From Pseudomonadota bacterium (GTDB lineage: Bacteria > Pseudomonadota > Gammaproteobacteria > Burkholderiales > JBEEJL01): a DNA stretch of 64,000 nucleotides. The stretch is from assembly GCA_043744215.1 (NCBI GenBank), contig JAYTVC010000050.1, positions 94-64,093 on the forward strand. The letters are read 5' to 3'. Below are positions 26,063 to 36,682 of this stretch, piece after piece. How positions within the stretch are numbered: position 1 is the stretch's first letter; the number at the start of each line of letters is the position of its first letter. The notes under the pieces were generated by a model. The model had not been told where the DNA came from and ran no database searches. It saw nothing but the letters and a program-made list of their open reading frames with translations. Both the position numbers and the translations under genes were made by a program.

Positions 26063-27469
26063 ATGATAAAAAAACTGATTAGCCGCGTGTTCGGCAAATC
26101 CAAAGCCAAAGCCGATAAAGGCAACAGCGGCGAGCCGATCATTATTCCGCTGAAAAAGCACGGCATCCGCCGCGATCAGATCAGCCCGTGTGCATTGCGC
26201 GTAACCGACGGTTTGCAACAGGCCGGTTTTGCTGCCTTTGTGGTGGGCGGTGCAGTACGAGACTTATTATTGGGCCGCGAGCCGAAAGATTTCGACGTGG
26301 CTACCGACGCCACGCCTGACGAGGTGCGCGCACAATTCCGCCGCTCGCGCATCATCGGCCGGCGATTTCAGATTGTGCATGTCATCTGCGGCAATGAAAC
26401 GGTGGAGGTTTCCACCTTCCGCGCGCCGCAGGCCAACGGGGAAGACGACGACCAGCACGCCGACGAACACGGCCGCCTGTTGCGCGACAATGTGTGGGGC
26501 AACATGGTAGATGATGCGATCCGCCGCGACTTCACCATGAACGCGTTGTTCTATGACCCGACCAAACAGGAAGTGTGGGATTACCAGGATGGCGTGGCCG
26601 ACATCCGCAAAAAAACCTTGCGCATGATTGGCGACCCGGCCACGCGCTACCGCGAAGACCCGGTGCGTATGTTGCGTGCTGCCCGCCTCGCCGCCAAACT
26701 CGGCTTCACCATCGACCAGGCCACGCGCAAACCCATCGCCGAGATGGCTGACCTGTTACAAAACGTGCCCAGCGCGCGCATGTTCGACGAAATGCTCAAG
26801 CTGTTGCTGTCGGGTTACTCCGTCGCCTGCATCAAACAATTGCGTGCCGAAGGTTTGCATCACGGCATGTTGCCCATGCTCGATGTGATTCTCGAACAAC
26901 CCTTGGGTGAAAAATTCGTCAACCTTGCGCTGGCTAATACTGACGCGCGCGTGCTCGCCGACCAACCCGTATCGCCTGGTTTTTTATTCGCCGCATTGCT
27001 CTGGCATGAAGTGCTGGCCACTACACAAAAACACGAAGCCGCCGGCATGAAGCCTGCACCTGCGCTGATGACTGCGATGGATGATGTACTCGACGCGCAA
27101 CGCAAAGAGTTGGCGATTCCGCGCCGCTTTGATGCTATTACTAAAGAACTGTGGCTGTTGCAGCCGCGCTTTTTACAGCGCGGGCCGGGGCGGCCATATC
27201 GCCTGCTGGCCCATCCGCGCTTCCGCGCCGCCTATGATTTTTTCCTGTTGCGGTGTGAGAGCGGTGAAGTCGATGCCGGCATCGGCGACTGGTGGACCCG
27301 CTTTCAGGATGCTACCGACGATGAACGTGCCGGCATGTTGCTGGCGACAGACGAGGCACCGAAGAAAAAACGCCGCCGTCGCAAACCGCGATCAAAAACC
27401 GGCTTGGCTGGCGAAGCGCAAAGCACTGACGGCTCTACCGGCCATAATCATGATGATGACGCCGAATGA
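26063..27469 (+). CDS. pcnB: Poly(A) polymerase I
   Basis: Internal start MIKKLISRVF. Has FVVGGAVRDLLLGREPKDFDVAT and a basic C-terminal tail. Confidence 0.9.
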   Translation: MIKKLISRVFGKSKAKADKGNSGEPIIIPLKKHGIRRDQISPCALRVTDGLQQAGFAAFVVGGAVRDLLLGREPKDFDVATDATPDEVRAQFRRSRIIGRRFQIVHVICGNETVEVSTFRAPQANGEDDDQHADEHGRLLRDNVWGNMVDDAIRRDFTMNALFYDPTKQEVWDYQDGVADIRKKTLRMIGDPATRYREDPVRMLRAARLAAKLGFTIDQATRKPIAEMADLLQNVPSARMFDEMLKLLLSGYSVACIKQLRAEGLHHGMLPMLDVILEQPLGEKFVNLALANTDARVLADQPVSPGFLFAALLWHEVLATTQKHEAAGMKPAPALMTAMDDVLDAQRKELAIPRRFDAITKELWLLQPRFLQRGPGRPYRLLAHPRFRAAYDFFLLRCESGEVDAGIGDWWTRFQDATDDERAGMLLATDEAPKKKRRRRKPRSKTGLAGEAQSTDGSTGHNHDDDAE

Positions 27470-27954
27470 AAATGAACCATGTCGCCTACGTCGCCTTGGG
27501 CAGCAACCTGGACAACCCGCAGCAGCAGGTGCGCAGCGCGATGGATGAACTGGACAAGCTGCACGGCGTGCGGATCATGGCACGCTCGTCGCTCTACCGC
27601 ACCGCGCCGGTGGGTTACGCTGATCAACCGGATTTCATCAACGCCTGTGTCAAACTGCAAACCGCGCTGACCCCGCTCGATTTGCTGGCCGGACTGCAGG
27701 CGCTGGAAAAACGACATGGCCGCGAAAGAAAAATGGCAAACGGTCCACGTACACTTGATCTGGATATTTTGCTTTATGATGAAATGCGGCATCATGATCA
27801 CCAGCTTACGTTGCCCCATCCGCGTATGCATGAGCGCGCATTTGTGTTGCTGCCATTGGCGGAAATTGCACCAGAACTTTTAATTGCCCAAGGTAAAACG
27901 GTGCAAGAATGGCTTGCGCAGCGCACCGAGCAAATTATAGAAAAATTCAATTAA
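27466..27954 (+). CDS. folK: 2-amino-4-hydroxy-6-hydroxymethyldihydropteridine pyrophosphokinase
   Basis: 162 aa with an HPPK pattern (ALGSNL.., RTLDLDILLY, LPHPRMHERAFVL). Confidence 0.9.
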   Translation: MKMNHVAYVALGSNLDNPQQQVRSAMDELDKLHGVRIMARSSLYRTAPVGYADQPDFINACVKLQTALTPLDLLAGLQALEKRHGRERKMANGPRTLDLDILLYDEMRHHDHQLTLPHPRMHERAFVLLPLAEIAPELLIAQGKTVQEWLAQRTEQIIEKFN

Positions 27955-27970
27955 ATCAATAACTTATATC

Positions 27971-28606
27971 TTGAAAAATAAATATCATTATGTGGTCATT
28001 GAAGGCCCGATTGGCGCAGGCAAAACCAGCCTGGCGAAATTGCTTGCGCAACGCATGCGCGCCGATACCTTGCTCGAAGATCCGGAGGCGAATCCGTTTC
28101 TGCCCGCGTTTTACCGCGACATGCAGCGCCACGCGCTGGCGACGCAATTGTTTTTTTTGTTCCAGCGCATGAACCAGGTGGCCGAACTCAAACAACATTC
28201 GCTGTTTGAGCGGGCGACAGTGTCAGATTTTTTGCTCGACAAAGATCCGCTGTTCGCGCGGCTGACCCTCAACGATACCGAATACGCGCTCTACAACCAG
28301 ATTTTCAATCACCTCAAACCGCAGGCTGTCACACCCGACCTGGTGATATATTTGCAGGCACCGGCGGAGTTGCTGGTGGAGCGCGTGAAGCGCCGTGGCC
28401 ATAAAATGGAACGGGGCATTTCCGAAGATTACCTGCGCAGCCTGGCCGAAAGTTACACCGGCTTTTTCCATCATTACAATGCGTCGCCCTTGCTGATTGT
28501 GAATAGCGCGCGCATCAATTTTGTCGATAGCCCGCAGGATTTTGATTTACTATTCGAACAAATCAGCAACATGCGCGGCGGGCGCGAATATTTTAATCGG
28601 GGCTAA
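27971..28606 (+). CDS. Deoxynucleoside kinase family protein
   Basis: 211 aa with P-loop [11 protein letters not shown]. Non-ATG (TTG) start as given by the ORF track. Confidence 0.75.
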   Translation: MKNKYHYVVIEGPIGAGKTSLAKLLAQRMRADTLLEDPEANPFLPAFYRDMQRHALATQLFFLFQRMNQVAELKQHSLFERATVSDFLLDKDPLFARLTLNDTEYALYNQIFNHLKPQAVTPDLVIYLQAPAELLVERVKRRGHKMERGISEDYLRSLAESYTGFFHHYNASPLLIVNSARINFVDSPQDFDLLFEQISNMRGGREYFNRG

Positions 28607-28608
28607 CG

Positions 28609-29400
28609 ATGCGACATACAATTTCCCATTTCCAGAAAATGAAACAGGCAGGCGAAAAAATCGTCATGCTCACCAGCTATGACTCCAGCTTCGCGCAGAT
28701 TTCCGAAGTGGCCGGCGTGGAGATTTTGCTGGTTGGCGATTCGCTTGGCATGGTGGTGCAGGGCCATGATTCCACATTACCAGTTTCAATGAGCGCGATG
28801 GAATATCACGTCGCCTGCGTTGCGCGCGGTTCCAAGCAAGCATTGGTGCTGGCCGATATGCCCTTCGGCAGCTATCAGGAATCCCCCGAGCAAGCCCTGC
28901 GCAACGCCGCGCAACTCATGGCGGCCGGTGCGCAAATGGTCAAGCTCGAAGGCGGCAGCGTGATGCTGCACACCATAGAATTTTTAGTGAAGCGCGGCAT
29001 CCCCGTGTGCGGCCATGTCGGGCTCACGCCGCAATCGGTCAACCAATTGGGCGGCTATAAAGTGCAAGGCAAAACCGCCGACACCGCGCGGCTGGTGCTG
29101 GAAGATGCGCTGTCTGTCGAAAAGGCAGGCGCCGCCATGGTCGTACTGGAAGCCATGCCAGCGATGTTAGGCAAGGAAATCACGCTGGCGTTGAACATTC
29201 CCACCATCGGCATCGGCGCAGGCGTCGATTGCGGCGGGCAGGTGTTGGTGGTGCACGATATGCTGAATATTTATCCTGGCCGCAAGGCGCGCTTTGTGAA
29301 AGACTTCATGCAAAGTCAGCCGACCATCGCTGCTGCGTTGGAGGCGTATGTGAAGGAAGTCAAAGCCAAAACGTTTCCTGCTGCAGAACATACTTTTTAA
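28609..29400 (+). CDS. panB: 3-methyl-2-oxobutanoate hydroxymethyltransferase
   Basis: 263 aa with a PanB pattern (MLTSYD.., [15 protein letters not shown]). Confidence 0.95.
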   Translation: MRHTISHFQKMKQAGEKIVMLTSYDSSFAQISEVAGVEILLVGDSLGMVVQGHDSTLPVSMSAMEYHVACVARGSKQALVLADMPFGSYQESPEQALRNAAQLMAAGAQMVKLEGGSVMLHTIEFLVKRGIPVCGHVGLTPQSVNQLGGYKVQGKTADTARLVLEDALSVEKAGAAMVVLEAMPAMLGKEITLALNIPTIGIGAGVDCGGQVLVVHDMLNIYPGRKARFVKDFMQSQPTIAAALEAYVKEVKAKTFPAAEHTF

Positions 29401-29415
29401 TGGCTCAATAAAATC

Positions 29416-30249
<834 letters not shown>

Positions 30250-30265
30250 TATTTTGCCGTAACCC

Positions 30266-30295
30266 AAAAAAAACAGCCCTCGGGCTGTTTTTTTT
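30266..30295. terminator. Bidirectional hairpin terminator after panC
   Basis: AAAAAAAA-CAGCCC-TC-GGGCTG-TTTTTTTT. Confidence 0.8.
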
Positions 30296-30439
30296 ACATC
30301 ATTTTCATGTGTGGTAATTCATAGCCGATTGGCGTAATTATTGTTACGCTGAGAGCAGTTAATATCACTTGCCAGCACAAAGGAATATTTCTTTGCAAGT
30401 TATTCCGTGAGGTGGCAAATCGAACAACGAAAAGCTTGA

Positions 30440-30898
30440 GTGATAACAATGAGAACAATATTCGGGATTGTCGCGATCTGCCAGCTTGTGTTTGTTACGA
30501 ATGTGTTTGGTGCAAATTTGGAGCCGCTGATTGGCGGATATGCGGCCTCCACAATAAAAGACACGCCAAATTGCAAACCCTACAAAGACTTAATTATTGA
30601 GATTGAAAAACCTGGCAATTCTCTTGGGGTTGAAAGTATTCAGAGACGAATTAATACGCTAGTTGCGGCCGACAAAGCAGGCTGTCGATTCGTCCAGCCT
30701 GCCCAAACCGGTGTGATGGATTTCCCCAAACAATATGCTGCGGCTATCACAACAAAATACCGGGTTGGCGAGCCAATGTGCCAATATTATAAAACTCGCA
30801 TATTTGAAGTGGCATCTGCCCGCTATCAGGAATACGACAAAATTCACCGAATAGACAAGTTGAATCAAAGCGCGAAAAAACAGGCTTGTGATAAGTAA
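30440..30898 (+). CDS. Hypothetical secreted protein (ORFan, lower GC than flanks by eye)
   Basis: 152 aa with N-terminal signal-like MRTIFGIVAICQLVFVTNVFG and several Cys. No family recognised. Confidence 0.5.
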   Translation: MITMRTIFGIVAICQLVFVTNVFGANLEPLIGGYAASTIKDTPNCKPYKDLIIEIEKPGNSLGVESIQRRINTLVAADKAGCRFVQPAQTGVMDFPKQYAAAITTKYRVGEPMCQYYKTRIFEVASARYQEYDKIHRIDKLNQSAKKQACDK

Positions 30899-30922
30899 CC
30901 CTTCGAAACAAGCAATGTCAAT

Positions 30923-32119
30923 TTATGCAGCCCGCAACGAATCCACAATTTTCATTCGCGCCGCGCGCACGGCGGGCAGAAAGCCGCCGAAAAACCCCAT
31001 GACCAGCGCGAAAATAATCGAGTAAACCATAATCGCCGGGTTGAGTTTGAAGCTGAACGCGAGTTCGGCGAACGATTGGACATTGGTGGTGGAAAAATTC
31101 ACGAACTGCATCAGCGACGCGAACGCCAAACCGATGATGCCACCTACCAGCGCCAACAATAATGCTTCGGTGAGAAACGCGATAAGAATACTGGAGCGGC
31201 GAAAGCCCAGGGCGCGCAAGGTGCCGATTTCGCCGATACGATTCGCCACCGATGAATACATGGTAATCATGGCGCCGATCATCGCCCCGACGGAAAATAT
31301 GAAGGAGAGTACGAAGCCGATTACGCTGAGAAATAGCGACAGGCCGCGCGATTGATCGGCATAAAATTGCCGCTCGGGCTTGGTTTCAACAGTGAGGCGC
31401 TGGTCAGATTCGATATTTTTTTTGAAGACGTCGAACTGATTTGCATCGTTGAGTTTAACTATAACGGACGAAAACACCGGTCGGCAGAATGCCTGCATGA
31501 GTTGCTCGCCGTCGCCCCATACTTCGGAATCAAAGCCGGTACCGCCTGCGTCGAAGGTGCCAACAATCACCCAATCGCGTTGGCCGAAGCGCAATTTCTC
31601 TCCCAGCCCCGCGCCGATAAATTGCCGCGCGATGGCCGAGCCGGCGACAATTTCCGACGAGCCGGGCGCAAACATTCTGCCGGCGGTCAGTTTGATTTGC
31701 GGCCGCATGACGAGGCCGGTGGGCGACACGCCACGAATCACCACATTGGAAGGCTTGTCGTTGCCGCGTTTGTTGAGTGACATCAACACCACGGTTTCTT
31801 TCGACGCGAGACGCAATCCTTCTTTACTGAACGCGATTTGCGGTTGGCTTTCCACGATGGAGGCTTGATTGCGATCGACGCCACTTTGTACTTCGTTATC
31901 GGCGCCGCGACGGATGACGACCGCATTGTCTTCCGTGCCCGTATCCACCAGCGTTTGGCGCAGGCCTTCGTTCAACATGAGCACCGTCGCAAACACAAAC
32001 ACGACCAGCGCGAGACCGCCGGCGGTGAGTATCGTGGTGAGTTTGCGCGTCCACAAATTGCGTGCGATGTACGAAAACGGAATGCTGAAACGGCGCGACA
32101 AAGCAGTAAAAATGTTCAT
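30923..32119 (-). CDS. ABC transporter permease, FtsX/MacB-like
   Basis: 398 aa. N-terminal TM, large periplasmic domain, C-terminal FtsX 3-TM bundle. Confidence 0.85.
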   Translation of the reverse strand: MNIFTALSRRFSIPFSYIARNLWTRKLTTILTAGGLALVVFVFATVLMLNEGLRQTLVDTGTEDNAVVIRRGADNEVQSGVDRNQASIVESQPQIAFSKEGLRLASKETVVLMSLNKRGNDKPSNVVIRGVSPTGLVMRPQIKLTAGRMFAPGSSEIVAGSAIARQFIGAGLGEKLRFGQRDWVIVGTFDAGGTGFDSEVWGDGEQLMQAFCRPVFSSVIVKLNDANQFDVFKKNIESDQRLTVETKPERQFYADQSRGLSLFLSVIGFVLSFIFSVGAMIGAMITMYSSVANRIGEIGTLRALGFRRSSILIAFLTEALLLALVGGIIGLAFASLMQFVNFSTTNVQSFAELAFSFKLNPAIMVYSIIFALVMGFFGGFLPAVRAARMKIVDSLRAA

Positions 32120-32132
32120 TTGAGGATTTTTT

Positions 32133-32160
32133 ATAAGTATTTGATTATAATCAGTTATTT
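32133..32160 (+). repeat. 28-bp IHF-core element, copy 5 (degenerate)
   Basis: ATAAGTATTTGATTATAATCAGTTATTT between the two permease genes. Confidence 0.45.
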
Positions 32161-32161
32161 G

Positions 32162-33319
32162 TTACGCAATGCTGCGCAGTCCGTCAACAATTTTCACCGT
32201 GGCCGCGCGTCGCGCGGGCAACAGCGCTGCTACCACGCCGACCACGAGGGCACAAATAATTTGCAACTTGATGGTCTCCGGCATCACGGTGAACGCGGGG
32301 AACATCGTGCCGACAGCCGCGCCCACGGCGCGCGCCATCGGAAAGGTGAGCGCGATGCCGAGCGCGCAACCCATGAAGGCAATGGCTAACGATTCACCCA
32401 ATATCAACGACGCCACATACCAGGGCCCGAAGCCCAACGCTTTTAATGTGGCGTATTCCGACAAGCGTTCACGTGCCGTCATGGCCATGGTGTTGGCGAC
32501 GACGGAGAGAATAATTAGTATTACCACATATGACACCACGCGAATCGCGGCCACAATGCTGTCGGACATCGAGACAAAGCCCAGTTGAAACGCTTTTTCG
32601 GTTTCCGTTAATGTTTCAGCGATGGAGTTGCGAAATTCTGCATCCACGGCGCGGCTGATTTCTGCCGCGCGGTCGCCACTATTGATGCCGACCACAAATA
32701 CGCCGGTAAAGTTGGCGCGACGGGCGATGGTTTTGAGCAAGGTTTCGTTAAGATAATCCCAATGGAATAACATTTGCGACGTGTTGGTGGCTTCTTCCGC
32801 GCCTTCGAAAATGCCGCGCACTACAAAATTCCAATTGCCGGGAAAGATGGTGCCCTTGATCGGAATGACATCGCCGATCTTGAAGCCGAACGAGTTGGCC
32901 AGCTTGCGTCCCACAATGCAGCCACGCCGGTCACGTAGAAAATTGCTGCGTTCTGTTTCTGTCAATTTATATTCAGGATACAAATCCAGATAGGTTGCGC
33001 CGTCGATGGCGAACTGCGGAAAGAAATTTTTCGGCTCCTGATAAATGCCGCCGAACCAGTTGGCATAGCCCACACTGGTCACGCCATCCACTGCCTTAAT
33101 GCGGTTGCGATAGGAAATCGGCAATGAGAAAGTGAGCGAGATCGCATTGCGCGTGACGAGGCGCGTTGAAGAGGCAGCGTTGGCATTGGCATAAAACGCA
33201 TCGACCATGGTGCGCAACAAACCGAATGCCATGATCGCGACGACAATGCCAAACAAAGTCAGCAGCGTGCGCAGCTTGTGGCGAAAGGCGTTGCGGAAAA
33301 TGAGTTTGAGGAAGTTCAT
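32162..33319 (-). CDS. ABC transporter permease, FtsX/MacB-like (second copy)
   Basis: Internal start MNFLKLIFRNAFRHKLRT. Same architecture as the 30923-32119 product. Confidence 0.85.
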   Translation of the reverse strand: MNFLKLIFRNAFRHKLRTLLTLFGIVVAIMAFGLLRTMVDAFYANANAASSTRLVTRNAISLTFSLPISYRNRIKAVDGVTSVGYANWFGGIYQEPKNFFPQFAIDGATYLDLYPEYKLTETERSNFLRDRRGCIVGRKLANSFGFKIGDVIPIKGTIFPGNWNFVVRGIFEGAEEATNTSQMLFHWDYLNETLLKTIARRANFTGVFVVGINSGDRAAEISRAVDAEFRNSIAETLTETEKAFQLGFVSMSDSIVAAIRVVSYVVILIILSVVANTMAMTARERLSEYATLKALGFGPWYVASLILGESLAIAFMGCALGIALTFPMARAVGAAVGTMFPAFTVMPETIKLQIICALVVGVVAALLPARRAATVKIVDGLRSIA

Positions 33320-33411
33320 GTAAATTTCTGAATAAATATATCTGTTCGTGTAAGCATGTCGAAACATGTTCATGCTTCAACGGGCTCGGCACAAGCGGCC
33401 ATTTTTGTTTA

Positions 33412-34128
33412 TCACCCCGGCGACGACACCAAATGATCATCGTTCAGCGAATCGATCAACACGCCTTTTTCCAAATGCTGTACACGGTGTGCGCGCTGCG
33501 CGGCGCGTGGATCGTGCGTCACCATAATAATCGTCTTGCGCAATTCGCTCGTCAGCCGATCCAGCAAATTCATAATATCAGCGGCGGAAGCATGGTCGAG
33601 GTCGCCCGTCGGTTCGTCGGCCACAATCAGTGTCGGGTCGGTGATGATGGAGCGGGCGATGGCCACGCGCTGTTGCTGCCCGCCGGATAATTCATTCGGA
33701 AAGTGGGTCATGCGGTCGGCGAGACCCACCATGTCGAGCGCCAGTTCGGCCCGCTCGCGCCGCTCGCGCCGATTAAGGCTGGTAAGTGTGAGTGGCAATT
33801 CGACATTTTCAAATGCGGTGAGTACCGGCATGAGATTGTAAAACTGAAAAATGAAACCGACATTGCCTGCGCGCCAATCGGCCAACTCGCCTTCGCCCAA
33901 TTGTGTGATGTCCACGCCTTCGACCAGCAGTTCGCCGCTGTCGGGTTTATCAATACCGGCGATGAGATTGAGCAACGTGCTTTTACCCGAACCGGACGGG
34001 CCCATCAGCGCAAGAAAATCTCCTTGATGAATACTGAGGGAAATGTCGCGCAGCACTGGCACGATTTGCCCACCGCGCTGATACGACTTCACCACATGGC
34101 GGATATCGACGACAGGCTGCTGCGCCAT
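33412..34128 (-). CDS. ABC transporter ATP-binding protein (MacB/LolD-type)
   Basis: 238 aa. Walker A GPSGSGKST, signature LSGGQQQR, Walker B IVADEPTGDLD. Confidence 0.9.
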   Translation of the reverse strand: MAQQPVVDIRHVVKSYQRGGQIVPVLRDISLSIHQGDFLALMGPSGSGKSTLLNLIAGIDKPDSGELLVEGVDITQLGEGELADWRAGNVGFIFQFYNLMPVLTAFENVELPLTLTSLNRRERRERAELALDMVGLADRMTHFPNELSGGQQQRVAIARSIITDPTLIVADEPTGDLDHASAADIMNLLDRLTSELRKTIIMVTHDPRAAQRAHRVQHLEKGVLIDSLNDDHLVSSPG

Positions 34129-35339
34129 TATTTTTTCACCACTTTCACAACGCCACCATCGATGAGCTTTTCCGGTGGGTTGAGAATGAGTTTGTCGCCA
34201 ACGGCCAAACCTTTTACTTCCACCAGATCGCCGATAGCATTGCCTTTTTCCAGCGCGACCTGCTTGGCTTTTTCGCCGTTCAACACAAATACGACGGACT
34301 TTCCGTCGCGCTGAGTCATCGTTTCTTTACGCGCTACGGTCACCGGTTTTTTCTCATCAGCCTTCACTTCGCGCGACAGGAAGGCAACCTTGGCGCTCAT
34401 CTCCGGCAGGATGCGCGCATCAGGGTCGTTGAATTTCACTTTGACCAACACCGTGGCTTTGGAGCGATCCACCGTCGGCACTTTGCGCACCACCGTGCCG
34501 GCAAAACGCTGGTCGGGAAATGCTTCCAGTTGGATTTCGCACGGCGCGCCCTCGGCGATTTTGCCAAGATTGGATTCCGATACATCGGCTTCGACTTCCA
34601 GTGTTGTCATGTCTGCCATTGTGACCACCGCGCCGGTGGTGCCCGCAGCGGATGAGAAGGGCGTCACAATGTCGCCCACGTTGGCGTTTTTGGTGAGCAC
34701 CACGCCGTCGAACGGCGCGCGGATCAGCGTTTGTTCCACCGACACGCGCGCAACACGGTCGCCTGCGCTGGTGGCGGCCACTGCTGCTTTTAAGCTGTTA
34801 ATCGTGGCGCGGGCTTTGTTCAAACGCGCGACGGCGCTGTCGTGTGAAGCGGCGGAAATAAAATTTTTGTCGAGTAAATCCTGCGAGCGCTTAAATGCCT
34901 GCTCGGCGTCTTTCAATTCTGCCATGCCCTGTTCGAGATTTGCTTTGGCGACATTGATGTTCGCCGCCGCCTGCTCTTGCGTGGCGCTCACGTCCTTGTT
35001 TTCCAACCGCGCAATAATTTCGCCCGCTTTCACCACGCTGCCTTCGCGCACGCCCAGCCATTCGAGGCGGCCGGTGGCTTTCGATGCGACGGAGGCTTTG
35101 CGTTGCGCGACGACATAACCCGTCGCGTTCAACAGCGTGAAACCTTGCGAGGGATAAGTAGAAGACACCGCTGCGGTTTCCACGTCCAGCGCGCCGCCTT
35201 TTGATCGCGCAAACAACAGCCCGCCGCCCATCAGCGCGAGCGCAATTACAATGGGTAAGGGTCGTTTGTACCAGGCACGCCGCTTCGCCGCAGGCCCGTT
35301 ACGATTGATGCTGAGTTTGGATAAATCTGAAGTCGCCAC
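34128..35339 (-). CDS. Efflux periplasmic adaptor (HlyD/MacA family)
   Basis: 403 aa with an N-terminal TM, coiled-coil hairpin and beta-barrel pattern. First gene of the 4-gene ABC operon. Confidence 0.85.
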   Translation of the reverse strand: MATSDLSKLSINRNGPAAKRRAWYKRPLPIVIALALMGGGLLFARSKGGALDVETAAVSSTYPSQGFTLLNATGYVVAQRKASVASKATGRLEWLGVREGSVVKAGEIIARLENKDVSATQEQAAANINVAKANLEQGMAELKDAEQAFKRSQDLLDKNFISAASHDSAVARLNKARATINSLKAAVAATSAGDRVARVSVEQTLIRAPFDGVVLTKNANVGDIVTPFSSAAGTTGAVVTMADMTTLEVEADVSESNLGKIAEGAPCEIQLEAFPDQRFAGTVVRKVPTVDRSKATVLVKVKFNDPDARILPEMSAKVAFLSREVKADEKKPVTVARKETMTQRDGKSVVFVLNGEKAKQVALEKGNAIGDLVEVKGLAVGDKLILNPPEKLIDGGVVKVVKK

Positions 35340-35695
35340 GATGTTGTTGCCTTTTGTTATGTAGGTTGCTCAGCAAGCGCTGATGAAGCCCGATTTTGCA
35401 AGCCGCCGCTACGAAGCTTGCCAGCGAAAAGCGCTAGTCGCCATACGACGTTGCTCACAAAAAATAGCGCCTCACCTATCAACCCTGTGTCGCGTCGCTA
35501 TTTTTTGTTCGCGCTGGGTTTCTCTTAAAATTCGAAGTGAATCAAAACGTCCTGACTATTATATGCGTTGTGCTGCTGCTATGCTCACGGTGAACGCGAG
35601 TTCGTTGAGGAGATAGACGCGACGTTTCATTGACTGCATAACCAGCCACACGTTCAACGAAAAAATATCTTCGCAGGGCGATTTTTATAAATATT

Positions 35696-35723
35696 GTAAC
35701 TAATTGATTATATTGAATAATCA
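35696..35723 (+). repeat. 28-bp IHF-core element, copy 6
   Basis: GTAACTAATTGATTATATTGAATAATCA, ending 2 nt before the hyi ATG. Confidence 0.75.
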
Positions 35724-35725
35724 CT

Positions 35726-36502
35726 ATGCCTAAATTTGCCGCTAATCTCTCCATGATGTTCAACGAAGTCAGTTTTCCTGATCGCTTCTCCGCTGCTGCG
35801 CAAGCGGGATTCAAAGGGGTGGAATATTTATTTCCCTACGAGTTTGATGCAAAAGAAATTGAGACGCGCTTGAAACAAAATAGTTTGCAAAACATTTTGT
35901 TTAATATGCCGCCAGGAAATTGGGCGGCGGGCGAGCGCGGCATCGCCTCATTGCCAAGACGCGAAAAAGAATTTGCCGATGGCGTGCATCAGGCGATTGA
36001 CTATGCAAACGCATTAGGCTGCAAACAAATCCATGCGATGGCGGGACTTTTGCCGACGGATGCGGATAAAGCTGCGTATCGAAAAGTATATCTCGGTAAC
36101 TTGCAATACGCGGCCGCAGAATTGGCGAAACATGATGTGCTGTTGTTGATTGAACCCATAAACACCCGCGACATCCCCGGCTATTTTCTCAACACCCAGG
36201 CGGAAGCCTTTGCCATTCTGGAAGAAATCGCCGCGCCGAATTTGAAAATGCAAATGGATATCTACCACATGCAAATTATGGAAGGTGATATCGAAACCAA
36301 ACTGCGCAAATATTTACCCCATGTGGCGCACATACAAATCGCCCGTGTGCCTGGTCGCAACGAGCCTGTTAATGGCGAAATCAATTACGATTATTTGTTC
36401 GCACTGCTGGATGAATTGAAATACGACGGTTGGATTGGATGCGAATACCGGCCAGCGAAGGGAACGCTCGAAGGTTTGAAATGGTTTGAGAAATACCGCT
36501 GA
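35726..36502 (+). CDS. hyi: Hydroxypyruvate isomerase family protein (TIM-barrel sugar-phosphate isomerase/epimerase)
   Basis: 258 aa. MPKFAANLSMMFNE.. N-terminus and overall pattern typical of Hyi. Confidence 0.85.
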   Translation: MPKFAANLSMMFNEVSFPDRFSAAAQAGFKGVEYLFPYEFDAKEIETRLKQNSLQNILFNMPPGNWAAGERGIASLPRREKEFADGVHQAIDYANALGCKQIHAMAGLLPTDADKAAYRKVYLGNLQYAAAELAKHDVLLLIEPINTRDIPGYFLNTQAEAFAILEEIAAPNLKMQMDIYHMQIMEGDIETKLRKYLPHVAHIQIARVPGRNEPVNGEINYDYLFALLDELKYDGWIGCEYRPAKGTLEGLKWFEKYR

Positions 36503-36508
36503 GAAAAC

Positions 36509-36595
36509 TGGTGCCGGGAGGGAGACTCGAACTCCCACAGTGTTACCACCGGCGGATTTTGAGTCCGCTGCGTCTACCGATTCCGCCATCCCGGC
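36509..36595 (-). tRNA. tRNA-Leu (anticodon CAA)
   Basis: Reverse complement GCCGGGATGGCGGAATCGGTAGACGCAGCGGACTCAAAATCCGC...GGAGTTCGAGTCTCCCTCCCGGCACCA. Has a 7-bp acceptor stem, CUCAAAA anticodon loop, long variable arm and encoded CCA. Confidence 0.93.
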
Positions 36596-36682
36596 AAAGA
36601 GAGTTGGTTCAGGTGAGGAGCGGATTATCCGCGAATTATGGCATTTCAGCAAGATTGCCAGTGATATGATTGCGCACTAAAA

